DNA of 61,029 bases, the filler included. It is 7 parts of 7 records of this genome, joined end to end, with 100 filler letters (N's around TTAATTAATTAA, not from the genome) between each part and the next. Parts side by side here need not be neighbours in the genome. Positions count along the whole stretch, not along the records: positions 55,233 to 61,029 come from DRR723986_61016; 6 more parts are not named here. One strand, given 5' to 3'. Position numbers and translations under genes: made by a program. Of the stretch, positions 61,003-61,029 are shown piece after piece; position 1 is the stretch's first letter, and each line of letters opens with the position of its first letter. The notes under the pieces were generated by a model. It ran no database searches. It was not told where the DNA came from and saw only the letters and a program-made list of their open reading frames with translations.

Positions 61003-61029
61003 TATTTTCCTGATCCTGACAGGCTTGTT
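61003..61029 (+). repeat. terminal direct repeat, right copy (27 nt)
   Basis: Identical to 55233-55259. Confidence 0.97.

Overview
The window is not one locus. It is seven unrelated contigs joined by 100-nt N linkers that contain TTAATTAATTAA. Taxonomic labels are inferred from gene content and base composition. (1) 1-7095, AT-rich Bacteroidota defence island: DUF559 nuclease, Abi/HEPN RNase with a divergent candidate small RNA, SBD-HNH nuclease and a SauUSI-like PLD-helicase-DUF3427 protein. (2) 7196-18370 and (3) 18471-27873, Planctomycetota: ECF sigma plus Ser/Thr kinase, a DUF1549/1553 cytochrome, a REP cluster, galT-like/glgA, DUF1552 and an extended ECF sigma. (4) 27974-40097, Flavobacteriaceae: EEP nuclease/TonB receptor/DUF5689 locus, an M16 peptidase pair and rplU-rpmA. 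(5) 40198-47539, Microbacteriaceae-like housekeeping operon carB-pyrF-(mIHF-gmk)-rpoZ-coaBC-metK-priA. (6) 47640-55132, FCB-group-like stress cluster (AraC, CsbD, DUF1328, OmpA) with IS-end-like motifs and a 17-bp tandem repeat. (7) 55233-61029, Alphaproteobacteria-like. Contig 7 is the best candidate for an undescribed system. It is a three-gene operon with no evident signal peptides: adenylate cyclase-TPR, a PAP2/vanadium-haloperoxidase-fold enzyme with a codon-diversified (GGF)13 N-terminal tract, and an S8 subtilase. The contig ends share an exact 27-nt repeat, and joining them rebuilds what looks like the 3' end of an EmrB-type transporter gene. The second-best candidate is the Abi/HEPN gene with its structured small RNA. 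All family calls come from motifs read by eye; no searches were run.
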